From: Piromyces finnis finn
Taxonomy: Eukaryota; Fungi; Neocallimastigomycota
NCBI GenBank assembly: GCA_002104945.1
Contig: MCFH01000045.1
Location: 248,001 to 312,000, forward strand
Length of the DNA stretch: 64,000 bases
Direction of reading: 5' to 3'
The notes beneath the pieces were generated by a model. It had not been told where the DNA came from. It saw nothing but the letters and a program-made list of their open reading frames with translations, and ran no database searches. This document shows positions 1 to 11,407 of the stretch, in pieces; positions within the stretch are counted from its first letter, which is position 1; each line of letters starts with the position of its first letter. The position numbers were made by a program, and so were the translations under genes.

Positions 1-511
1 ATTTAAGCAAATTGGAGAGGTTCATGGTCCATTTGACTTAGCTTGTATACCTGTTGGACCAGTATATCCAGCTAGTATTATTAGTCCAGATCATGCCAAT
101 GCGAATGTAAATATTTTTAAAATGTATATATAATTTTTTTTTATTAATAAGTTAAAAGGAATAAAATTAACATTTTTATTTTATTGTATGCTATTATCAT
201 AGGACGCTGTAAATATTCATATTGATTGCCAATCAAAACATTCTGTTGCTATGCATTGGGGTAATTTATTTTATTTAAATCTAATATTTTTAAATAATGA
301 AAGATGAAAGAAACAAATGGAAAGACATTATAATAATATTAATTATTTATTTGTGTTTTATATAAAATTATTTATAGGTACAGTAGAATATCTTGGTTTA
401 GATAATATTAAATATGGACCAGAAGAACTTCATAAAGAATTAGAAAAAAGATCAATTCAATCAGAGGAATTTCATGAAATTTATATAGGTGAAATGGTTA
501 TATTGGAGTAA
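1..511 (+). CDS. 3' part of NAPE-PLD-like metallo-beta-lactamase (paralog 1; 5' end outside window). Exons ~1-106, 203-260, 378-511
   Basis: Spliced translation FKQIGEVHGPFDLACIPVGP...HANAN|DAVNIHIDCQSKHSVAMHW|GTVEY...EFHEIYIGE*. GPFDLAxIPxG, HxxxxDAxxIH and HWGT are NAPE-PLD/Fmp30 family motifs; GT-AG junctions keep frame. Confidence 0.85.
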
Positions 512-580
512 ACAAAAATAACAATAAATAATAATAATATTATTATTATTTATTTAACAAATTATTAAAAATACAAAATT

Positions 581-619
<39 letters not shown>

Positions 620-2058
620 TCATTTTAAGAAAATAGATAAATTATAATGAATAATAATATTTTCTCTATGATTATTAACAATCATTAATATACCTTAATT
701 AAAATAGAAAAAGAAAAAAGGGGAAATTTTATAATAATAAATGAAATAAAACATTTATATTTTATTCATTTAGGTATTATTGATTTTCTTTTATGCATTC
801 TTTCTTTTAACATTAATATTATTATTCCAATATCTATCTTAAAAGGCAATACTAATAACAAAAATAAATTTACAATAATTAAAATACAATTTATTATTAA
901 ATTAGTTAATAAAAAAAATTTACAAATAAACAAAACCAATAAATCAATAAATCAATATTGACAGAAAACAGAAATAATAATAAAGTATAGATCAACCACC
1001 ATTTAATATATATAATAAATAAGAAATAAATAATAAAAAATTAAATCGTGGAATTGATTATATATACAAAACTAAACGACAATTTTTTTCTTTATGATTT
1101 ATAAAAACTTTTTTTTAAATATTATTTAAAAAAGTTTATATAAAGTTATTAAAAAAAAGAAAAGAAAGAAATTTAAATTTTGTAAAGAGAACAATTCCAA
1201 AACAGAATTTTCTCCTCTCTTCATAAATTTATTTTTCTACAAATTAAAAAAAAAAAATACAAAAAAGCAAATTAACTAAAAATAAACAAAAGACAAGTAA
1301 TAATTTCTTTTTTTTTTTTTTTTAATGTAAGCACATTAACATTCATTTTTCTTTTTTATATGTATATTACACAAAAAAAAAAAAAAAAAAAAAAGAAAAG
1401 AAAGAATAAAAAAAAAAATTTAAAGTAATACTTATCCAAAAAAAAAAAAAAAAAAAAGGATATAATTTTAAAAATATATAATTATATATTAATTTTATCC
1501 ATTATTAATTTGTTATTAATTATTAATTTGTTATTAGTATTCAAAACAAATAAAAAAATATTCAATATTTTATATTCATATAATAGTAGTAATAATACTT
1601 TTATTTCATAGATATATTATTCATATAGATTATTAAAAAAAAAAATTAATATCAAAAATATTATCGTTTAAAAAATTAAAAAAAATTATATATATATAAA
1701 AAAAATATAAAATATAAAATAATAAATATACAGTTTATATAATAAAATAAAAATATAAAATAATGAGAAGTTTATTTTTTAAATTTATTTTTATTTTTAT
1801 TTATGTAGTTATTTTTTTTTTTACAAATAATTTAATAAATTTTTAAATAAAGTATAATAGAATATTGGAAATATCCTTTATCTATTTTTTTTTTTTTGTT
1901 ATTTAATATATTTTGTTATTACTTTAGTTATAACTTTTAACAAAATATATTATTTCTATAGATAAGATTGTATCTGAAATAAATCAAAAAAAAAAAAAAA
2001 ATAGCATTTTAGAAAATGTAGTATCATTTTTAATTAACGGTAAAATGATTATCTTTTT

Positions 2059-3972
2059 CTAATTACTAATTTCATCATCATCATTACTATCTTCATCATT
2101 TTCTAATTTTGGAATAGATGAAATGTCTTCATTTATTTCTTCATCTTCAGAATCAATGGATTCTTTATCATCATTGTTGGCTTCGCTTTCTTCTTCAGTC
2201 ATTTCATTTTCATTTTTATCTTGAACTATTTCATCTTCAGTTTTTGAATTTTCTTCTTGTTGTTGATCATCAACATCAACATCAACATCAACATCAACAT
2301 CAGCATCAGCATCAGTATCAGCATCAGCAATATCAACGTTTTCTTCTTCTTCAGAATTAATATCCTTAATTTCTTCTTCATCATTTATTTCTTCTTCATT
2401 TTCTTCAGTTTCATTATTAGATGGATCATTAGTAGATGAAGAAGCATTTTCTTCTTCTTCTTCTCCTTCTTCTTCTTTTTCCTTTTCTTCTTCATCTTCA
2501 TTTATTTCGGAATTTTCATTTGAATCTACATTTTCATCATTATTTTCTTCATCATTGATATCTTCATCATTACTTTCTTCATCATTGACATCAGTAATAT
2601 TTTCGGTAATATTTTCAGTAGTATTATCAGTAGTATTATCAGTAGTATTTTCAGTAGTATTATCAGTAGTATTTTCATTTTCAGCTTCATTGTCACTTTC
2701 AATTGAATTTTCATTTTCTTGTTTGGTGGTTTGACTTTCTTCTGTTTCTTCAGTTTCATCATTACTATTTATATCATCATTACTATTTATTTCATCATTA
2801 CTATTTATATCATCATTACTATTTATTTCATCATTACTATTTATATCATCATTACTATTTATTTCATCATTATTATCTTCAGTTATTTCATTTTCATTTT
2901 TATTTTGAATCATGTCATCTTCAATTTCTGAATTTATTTCTTCTTTATCTTCTTCTTTTACATCTTCATTTTCAACATTTTCATCTTCAGAATTTTCATC
3001 TTCATTATTTTGATTTTTTAAATCGTTAGTATTTTCAATTAAAGATGATGTTGGGAATCTAACAACACAAACTCTCTTTTTAGTTTTTGGTTTTGTTATA
3101 ATTTCATTTTCATTATTCTCATCATTTTCATCATTTGAATCTTTGTTAGATTCTTGTTCTTCTTGTTCAGATTCTTGGTTATTTATTTCATTTTCATTTC
3201 CATATTCATTTTCATTTTCATTTTCATTTTCATTTTCATTTTCATTTTCAGAAATTTCAGATGGAATATTTTCATTATTATTTTGTTCTTCTTCAATACC
3301 ACTTAATTCTTCTTTTTCATCATCATTATCTTTTTCATTTTCTATATTTTCATTTTCAATGTTTTCATTTTCAATGTTTTCATTTTCAATGTTTTCATTT
3401 TCAATGTTTTCATTTTCAATGTTTTCATTTTCAATGTTTTCATTTTCAATGTTTTCATTTTCAATGTTTTCATCTTGCTTTGAATCTATATCTTCAACTT
3501 CTGATTTCATTTCACTATTGTCATCATCATTTTCATTACCATCATCTTCATTATCATCATCTTCATTATCATCATCTTCATTATCATCATCTTCATTATC
3601 ATCATCTTCATTATCATCATTTTCATTACCATCATCTTCATTGGCATCTTCATTAGTTGAATCTTCAACATCATCAAGTTGAGGAATGTTGGATTCATCC
3701 ATAGAGTAGCTTTCTTCTAAATCAATATTACCATCATTACCATCATTACTATCATCATTATTTAATGATGGAATATCATGAACATCGGTATTGATGTTAG
3801 TATCTGTAGTAGTATCAGTAACAATATCTGCACTGATTTCATCATCTAAAATCTCAACTAATTCAGAAATATCTTCTTGTCCAACTTCATTATTATTAGG
3901 AATTGGTGAAGCTATGACATTCATAGCAAAAGCAATGAAGGTAAGAACGATACTTAAATTTCTAATTTGCAT
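2059..3972 (-). CDS. Secreted hyper-acidic (D/E/N-rich) repeat protein, 637 aa, copy A
   Basis: Single long ORF; signal-peptide-like N-terminus MQIRNLSIVLTFIAFAMNVIASP; EDDDN, NIENE, NSNDDI/NSNDEI and xNTT repeats; near-identical inverted copy at 6784-8685. Confidence 0.85.
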   Translation of the reverse strand: MQIRNLSIVLTFIAFAMNVIASPIPNNNEVGQEDISELVEILDDEISADIVTDTTTDTNINTDVHDIPSLNNDDSNDGNDGNIDLEESYSMDESNIPQLDDVEDSTNEDANEDDGNENDDNEDDDNEDDDNEDDDNEDDDNEDDGNENDDDNSEMKSEVEDIDSKQDENIENENIENENIENENIENENIENENIENENIENENIENENIENEKDNDDEKEELSGIEEEQNNNENIPSEISENENENENENENENEYGNENEINNQESEQEEQESNKDSNDENDENNENEIITKPKTKKRVCVVRFPTSSLIENTNDLKNQNNEDENSEDENVENEDVKEEDKEEINSEIEDDMIQNKNENEITEDNNDEINSNDDINSNDEINSNDDINSNDEINSNDDINSNDETEETEESQTTKQENENSIESDNEAENENTTDNTTENTTDNTTDNTTENITENITDVNDEESNDEDINDEENNDENVDSNENSEINEDEEEKEKEEEGEEEEENASSSTNDPSNNETEENEEEINDEEEIKDINSEEEENVDIADADTDADADVDVDVDVDVDDQQQEENSKTEDEIVQDKNENEMTEEESEANNDDKESIDSEDEEINEDISSIPKLENDEDSNDDDEISN

Positions 3973-6900
3973 TTTGTTGATTTGATTTATTTATTTATTA
4001 AAATTGTAAAAAAGAAAATATATATATTATAATATTATATTAAATAAATAATATTTTTTATTTATAAAAATATTTATAAATATTGTTTATAATATTAGTA
4101 TGATATATATTAAGATTTTTTATTAATCTTTTTTTATTAATCTTTTAAAAAAAAAAATTCGTTTTATTATAATGAAATATTTTTTGAAAATATATATATT
4201 TTCTTTTCAATTTCAATTCTATTTTAATAATATTATATATTATAATATTATTTATTAAAAATACAATTTAAATACAATTTAAATACAATATACTAATAAC
4301 TAGACTGTATAGAAATTGTATAATGAAAAAAAAAAAAAAATTCTAAAGGTTTTTTTTCTTCTTTTATATACTAATTATTTTCATAACATTTTTCTTATTT
4401 AAATTATATAAAGTATTATTAAATATTAAGTAATTTAAGTAATTATTTAAATTATATAAATAAAGGCATTATTAAATATAAATTTAAAGTAAAGAGATTC
4501 GTTGTTATAATTTGGTAGATTAAATTAATTTGATTTAAAAAATTAAAATTTATATTAAAATAAAAATGAAAATTTAAATATAAAAATATTAATATAAAAT
4601 AACCAAAAAAAAAAAAAAAAAGCAAAAAACTTAAAAAAAAAAAAAGCAAAAAAACCATAAAAAACCAAAAAACCAAAAAACCAAAAAAAAAAAAAAAAAA
4701 AAAAACCAAAAAAAAAAAAAAAAACAATGGAAAATATAAAAATAAATTGTTGTGTAATATTAAAAAAAAAGTAGCACAAAATTTGATGAGGTTAATTTAA
4801 GTTTAAAATAAATCAAAACTTTTTTTTTTATATAATTTTATAAAGTAATTAATAAAGTAATAAATGGAAATAAAAAAAAAAACAAAAAGTATAAAGCATT
4901 AAACATAAATCAATAATTAAAATATAATTAAAATGAAGAATTAAAATTAAATAAAGAATTAAAATTAAATGAAAAAAATAAAGGAATTATTGAAAAAAGT
5001 TTATAATAAATAAAATTAAAAATTAAAAATGTTTTATATTCGATTAAATGAATAAATGATGTTTTTAATTTTATTAAGCTTTTTTTTATTTTCTCGTTAT
5101 ATTTTTTTAATAAATAAATAAAAGTGTATTTATCATAAAGATTAAAGTTTGATCAATTATATTTGATAGATATTAATATAAAGTTTTTTTTTAATAATAA
5201 AATCTTTTTCATAAACTTAATTTGTAATAAAAAAAAATGAAATTATAATAAAGAAAGTATTAAATGCAAAAATTCCTTTAAACAAATTTTTAAATTTGTG
5301 TTTTATATTTTAATTATTAATAAATATTTATGCACATTTTTCTTTAATAAATACTTTAAGAATTAACTATTAAGCTAAAATATTTATTTGTTATTTAATT
5401 TATTATAATAAATGACTGATATTTAATATTATTTATTACCAAAATAGTATTTATAATACAAATTATAAGATACTTTCATAATGGAAAATAATATAAAAAT
5501 TATTTATTTTAATAAAATTCATTTTTACATTCAAATTTCTTTTCATTAATTATATAACACTTTAATATCTATCAAATATAATTGATTAAACTTTAATCTT
5601 TATGATAAATACATGTTTTTTTCATTTTCTCGTTATATTTTTTTATAAATAAATAAATAAAAGAATAAAAAAAAAACTTAATAAAATTAAAAACATCATT
5701 TATTCATTTAATCGAATATAAAACATTTTTAATTTTTAATTTTATTTATTATAAACTTTTTTCAATAATTCCTTTATTTTTTTCATTTAATTTTAATTCT
5801 TTATTTAATTTTAATTCTTCATTTTAATTATATTTTAATTATTGATTTATGTTTAATGCTTTATACTTTTTGTTTTTTTTTTTATTTCCATTTATTACTT
5901 TATTAATTACTTTATAAAATTATATAAAAAAAAAAGTTTTGATTTATTTTAAACTTAAATTAACCTCATCAAATTTTGTGCTACTTTTTTTTTAATATTA
6001 CACAACAATTTATTTTTATATTTTCCATTGTTTTTTTTTTTTTTTTTGGTTTTTTTTTTTTTTTTTTTTTTTTGGTTTTTTGGTTTTTTGGTTTTTTATG
6101 GTTTTTTTGCTTTTTTTTTTTTTAAGTTTTTTGCTTTTTTTTTTTTTTTTTGGTTATTTTATATTAATATTTTTATATTTAAATTTTCATTTTTATTTTA
6201 ATATAAATTTTAATTTTTTAAATCAAATTAATTTAATCTACCAAATTATAACAACGAATCTCTTTACTTTAAATTTATATTTAATAATGCCTTTATTTAT
6301 ATAATTTAAATAATTACTTAAATTACTTAATATTTAATAATACTTTATATAATTTAAATAAGAAAAATGTTATGAAAATAATTAGTATATAAAAGAAGAA
6401 AAAAAACCTTTAGAATTTTTTTTTTTTTTTCATTATACAATTTCTATACAGTCTAGTTATTAGTATATTGTATTTAAATTGTATTTAAATTGTATTTTTA
6501 ATAAATAATATTATAATATATAATATTATTAAAATAGAATTGAAATTGAAAAGAAAATATATATATTTTCAAAAAATATTTCATTATAATAAAACGAATT
6601 TTTTTTTTTAAAAGATTAATAAAAAAAGATTAATAAAAAATCTTAATATATATCATACTAATATTATAAACAATATTTATAAATATTTTTATAAATAAAA
6701 AATATTATTTATTTAATATAATATTATAATATATATATTTTCTTTTTTACAATTTTAATAAATAAATAAATCAAATCAACAAAATGCAAATTAGAAATTT
6801 AAGTATCGTTCTTACCTTCATTGCTTTTGCTATGAATGTCATAGCTTCACCAATTCCTAATAATAATGAAGTTGGACAAGAAGATATTTCTGAATTAGTT

Positions 6901-8677
6901 GAGATTTTAGATGATGAAATCAGTGCAGATATTGTTACTGATACTACTACAGATACTAACATCAATACCGATGTTCATGATATTCCATCATTAAATAATG
7001 ATGATAGTAATGATGGTAATGATGGTAATATTGATTTAGAAGAAAGCTACTCTATGGATGAATCCAACATTCCTCAACTTGATGATGTTGAAGATTCAAC
7101 TAATGAAGATGCCAATGAAGATGATGGTAATGAAAATGATGATAATGAAGATGATGATAATGAAGATGATGATAATGAAGATGATGATAATGAAGATGAT
7201 GATAATGAAGATGATGGTAATGAAAATGATGATGACAATAGTGAAATGAAATCAGAAGTTGAAGATATAGATTCAAAGCAAGATGAAAACATTGAAAATG
7301 AAAACATTGAAAATGAAAACATTGAAAATGAAAACATTGAAAATGAAAACATTGAAAATGAAAACATTGAAAATGAAAACATTGAAAATGAAAACATTGA
7401 AAATGAAAATATAGAAAATGAAAAAGATAATGATGATGAAAAAGAAGAATTAAGTGGTATTGAAGAAGAACAAAATAATAATGAAAATATTCCATCTGAA
7501 ATTTCTGAAAATGAAAATGAAAATGAAAATGAAAATGAAAATGAAAATGAATATGGAAATGAAAATGAAATAAATAACCAAGAATCTGAACAAGAAGAAC
7601 AAGAATCTAACAAAGATTCAAATGATGAAAATGATGAGAATAATGAAAATGAAATTATAACAAAACCAAAAACTAAAAAGAGAGTTTGTGTTGTTAGATT
7701 CCCAACATCATCTTTAATTGAAAATACTAACGATTTAAAAAATCAAAATAATGAAGATGAAAATTCTGAAGATGAAAATGTTGAAAATGAAGATGTAAAA
7801 GAAGAAGATAAAGAAGAAATAAATTCAGAAATTGAAGATGACATGATTCAAAATAAAAATGAAAATGAAATAACTGAAGATAATAATGATGAAATAAATA
7901 GTAATGATGATATAAATAGTAATGATGAAATAAATAGTAATGATGATATAAATAGTAATGATGAAATAAATAGTAATGATGATATAAATAGTAATGATGA
8001 AACTGAAGAAACAGAAGAAAGTCAAACCACCAAACAAGAAAATGAAAATTCAATTGAAAGTGACAATGAAGCTGAAAATGAAAATACTACTGATAATACT
8101 ACTGAAAATATTACTGATAATACTACTGAAAATATTACCGAAAATATTACTGATGTCAATGATGAAGAAAGTAATGATGAAGATATCAATGATGAAGAAA
8201 ATAATGATGAAAATGTAGATTCAAATGAAAATTCCGAAATAAATGAAGATGAAGAAGAAAAGGAAAAAGAAGAAGAAGAAGAAGAAGAAGAAGAAGAAAA
8301 TGCTTCTTCATCTACTAATGATCCATCTAATAATGAAACTGAAGAAAATGAAGAAGAAATAAATGATGAAGAAGAAATTAAGGATATTAATTCTGAAGAA
8401 GAAGAAAACGTTGATATTGCTGATGCTGATGCTGATACTGATACTGATGTTGATGTTGATGTTGATGTTGATGATCAACAACAAGAAGAAAATTCAAAAA
8501 CTGAAGATGAAATAGTTCAAGATAAAAATGAAAATGAAATGACTGAAGAAGAAAGCGAAGCCAACAATGATGATAAAGAATCCATTGATTCTGAAGATGA
8601 AGAAATAAATGAAGACATTTCATCTATTCCAAAATTAGAAAATGATGAAGATAGTAATGATGATGATGAAATTAGTA
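2064..8677. repeat. Large palindrome: left arm 2064-5176, spacer 5177-5561 (~385 bp), right arm 5562-8677
   Basis: Arms are reverse complements over the whole CDS plus ~1.2 kb upstream; e.g. tgtatttatcataaagattaaagttt (from 5125) pairs with aaactttaatctttatgataaataca (to 5613). Homology stops at gaaattagta, 2-3 codons before each stop. Confidence 0.93.
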
Positions 8678-8685
8678 TTAATTAA
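6784..8685 (+). CDS. Secreted hyper-acidic repeat protein, 633 aa, copy B
   Basis: Same protein as 2059-3972 apart from small repeat indels, a few substitutions and the C-terminus (EISIN* vs EISN*). Confidence 0.85.
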   Translation: MQIRNLSIVLTFIAFAMNVIASPIPNNNEVGQEDISELVEILDDEISADIVTDTTTDTNINTDVHDIPSLNNDDSNDGNDGNIDLEESYSMDESNIPQLDDVEDSTNEDANEDDGNENDDNEDDDNEDDDNEDDDNEDDDNEDDGNENDDDNSEMKSEVEDIDSKQDENIENENIENENIENENIENENIENENIENENIENENIENENIENEKDNDDEKEELSGIEEEQNNNENIPSEISENENENENENENENEYGNENEINNQESEQEEQESNKDSNDENDENNENEIITKPKTKKRVCVVRFPTSSLIENTNDLKNQNNEDENSEDENVENEDVKEEDKEEINSEIEDDMIQNKNENEITEDNNDEINSNDDINSNDEINSNDDINSNDEINSNDDINSNDETEETEESQTTKQENENSIESDNEAENENTTDNTTENITDNTTENITENITDVNDEESNDEDINDEENNDENVDSNENSEINEDEEEKEKEEEEEEEEEENASSSTNDPSNNETEENEEEINDEEEIKDINSEEEENVDIADADADTDTDVDVDVDVDDQQQEENSKTEDEIVQDKNENEMTEEESEANNDDKESIDSEDEEINEDISSIPKLENDEDSNDDDEISIN

Positions 8686-9469
8686 TATTTATTTATAAAA
8701 ATTAATCTTTTATTATAGAAGTAAATAATTATTGTAATTAATATAAAATTATTAATAATATTATTATAATATTAATAATATAAAAAATGATATTATAAAA
8801 TAATATTTATAAACAATTTATTATTATAATATAAAATAAAAATAGAATATTTTTCATTAATATTACAATATGTTTCAATATTTAAAGATTTAAAGAAATA
8901 TTAAAATATATTAGTTTCGAATATTACTTTAGAAACATATTTCTAACGAATACCTAATCATTTAATTATATCTTCTTTCCTATATTACTTATCCTATATT
9001 ACTTATTAATCCCTTATTGTTTATTTTATTTTTTTTTTTTTTTTGAATATTAAATTTTTGAAAATCTTTTCATAATTTCTATTTTTATTTTATAATTATC
9101 GTATTATTGAAATTTTCTACTTCATTCAGTCTTAGTTTTTAAATATCAAATTATTTTAAGCTTTCTTATATAATACTCTTTTATAAAACACTTTAATTCA
9201 TTAAAATACAACATATATATATATATATATTTATTATAGATTATTTAAACTATTTATTTTATTGAAATATAAAAGAAATAATATAACCAACTTAATAATA
9301 GATTATTCCCTACAATAAAAAATATTTAAATTATGCTCAAAATCTAAAATAGGTTTATGAATATCTTTTTTATTAAATAAAATTAAGAATGGATTTTCTT
9401 TCAATAATAACTTAGAGTAGTAATCCAACACAGTTAATACTTTTTTATCTTTTACTTTATATAAAAATA

Positions 9470-10475
9470 TTACCAATCTAAATAAATTAATAAAGATAAA
9501 ATATTATTTTCATATAGTATTGCTATATATTCTATAAGCTTAATATAATGTTTATTAATAATTAATAATTCTATTGTTGGTAAATATACGCTTTTAATAC
9601 GTTGTTTGTATTCAATGTCGAAAAATAATCTTGAAAAAGATATATCTTTTGAACCAAGAGGATGCATTTTATCTATTATATATTTTAAATATTTTTTCAA
9701 CAAAACTATATTACCATTCAATAATAAAATTCAATAATAAGTAATATTGCATAAATTCTAAATCTACAATGAGACTATTCATCCAATTATATATTAATTT
9801 ATGAAATTTTATATTACCATTATCTAAAATATTATTAATAAAATTATAATCTAAAAATCCACATAATAAAAGTTTTTCCTTTTTACATTCTTTAATATAA
9901 GGATATTCATAACCCTTGATAGAATCAATAGTAAAGTCTATTATATTATAAATGGCATTATTCAAAATCTTATTAGTATATATTTTATCATAAATGATAG
10001 AACAATTTGTAAATACAAAAGCCTTATAATTCATATAATTATTATTAAAATAATCATATTTTAACCCGTTTCTACACCATAAACAGTTATTTTTATTATT
10101 ATTATTATTATATTTTAAAATTGTTCTTTCAAAATCAACTATTTTATATACATGGTCTACGATATCACAACTAGCAATACATGAAATTGTATTATAATTC
10201 AAATAATATTCAACATTAAATATATTACCAAAGACTGAATTCAAATATACATAATCATAATCTAAAATCCAGTAATAAGGTATAGTATAACTTGTAGGTA
10301 CGCAAAATAACTTATTAATTAAATTATTGTAAAAGTTTTCATCGATATTGCTTGATAAAATTATTTTATCTTTTTCCTCTATTAAATAATTGAAATATAT
10401 TTTTTCAATACAGTACATTTTATTTAATAATGTCCAAATTAATAATTTATTAGCAAATTTAAATCTTGATGACAA
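9470..10475 (-). pseudogene. Intronless orphan reading frame split by an apparent 1-nt frameshift near 9715-9730 (254 aa + 83 aa)
   Basis: Two long ORFs overlap by 11 nt in AT-rich DNA where stops are frequent; the first has a non-ATG start; no recognisable family. Confidence 0.4.
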
Positions 10476-10561
10476 TAACGTAAAACAAAAAAATAAATTT
10501 AAACTTTAGTTACATAAGCCTTTATACGTTAAATGAAGAGGTTGGATCAGCTAATTCCTTA

Positions 10562-10849
10562 TTGAAGCGTCAAGGAAATGCTAGATGCATTAAAATTAAT
10601 AAAAGAAATTCTGTTTACCGACATACTGAAAAATCAATATCTGATATTAATACAAAATCAGAAAACGAAAAGGTAGAAGTATCTGAAGATTCTTTTTCAT
10701 TATTAGTAAATTCACTTAAAAATATAAAAACAGTTTCCAAAGATAGCAAAATTTTACCAGATGATGAATATGATGAAAACGAACCGACATTATTTTATAA
10801 AAATTCGGATTCCATGGATGACGTATTTATTATTATATATCCCAAATGA
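10562..10849 (+). CDS. Hypothetical exon or ORF (95 aa, charged)
   Basis: Frame open from 10484 with protein-like composition; no ATG start and no clear splice partner. Confidence 0.3.
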   Translation: MKRQGNARCIKINKRNSVYRHTEKSISDINTKSENEKVEVSEDSFSLLVNSLKNIKTVSKDSKILPDDEYDENEPTLFYKNSDSMDDVFIIIYPK

Positions 10850-11407
10850 ATTGATATTAATTCATGATTTAAATATATTTAAATATATTAATAAAATTAT
10901 TCATTTATAATATAATTTATATTATTTTTTAAATTTAAAAAAGAAAATAATACGAAATGACTGTAAATTATATATAAATATTTGTTAATTACTGAGTAAA
11001 TTTATAATTATAATTTATACCTCAATTACTTTTTTCATCTATTACTATAAAAAAGTTTTATAATTGTCCGTATATTGAACTATTTTATTTAAAATTAGTC
11101 AAAAAATGTTCATAAAAAATTGTATATGTCCACTTATTAATAGATAATTATATGTAATAGGTTAAGCTTCAAAATAAGTATTATAGAAAAAAATTATAAT
11201 TTATTTTTCATTTATTACAATTAATTAATATTTGAATATACTCAAAATAGTTTGTCTATCATTATACTCACAATGTGAAATAATAAAAAAGTATAAATTA
11301 GACTTTTTTTCCCCTAGAATTCGTGCTTTTATGACATAAAAAATAAAATATATTTTTAATTATTTTAATATCATTACAAAAAGGCCTTTAATTAAAAAAA
11401 AGTTAAT

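Noticed and set aside
4452-6304. Poly-Phe ORFs at 4452-4727, 4555-4779 and 6080-6304
   Set aside because: They arise from poly(T) tracts in the duplicated upstream region.
2118-8623. Many overlapping ORFs rich in His, Phe/Ser, Met/Lys or Ile (e.g. 3143-3682, 3261-3656, 7074-7613, 7727-8053)
   Set aside because: Antisense or alternate-frame shadows of the GAA/GAT/AAT repeats in the acidic protein genes.
2064-8677. Palindrome as a pure assembly fold-back artefact
   Set aside because: Arms differ by in-frame indels, substitutions and a micro-inversion, and have a unique spacer and different flanks. Not fully excluded without reads.
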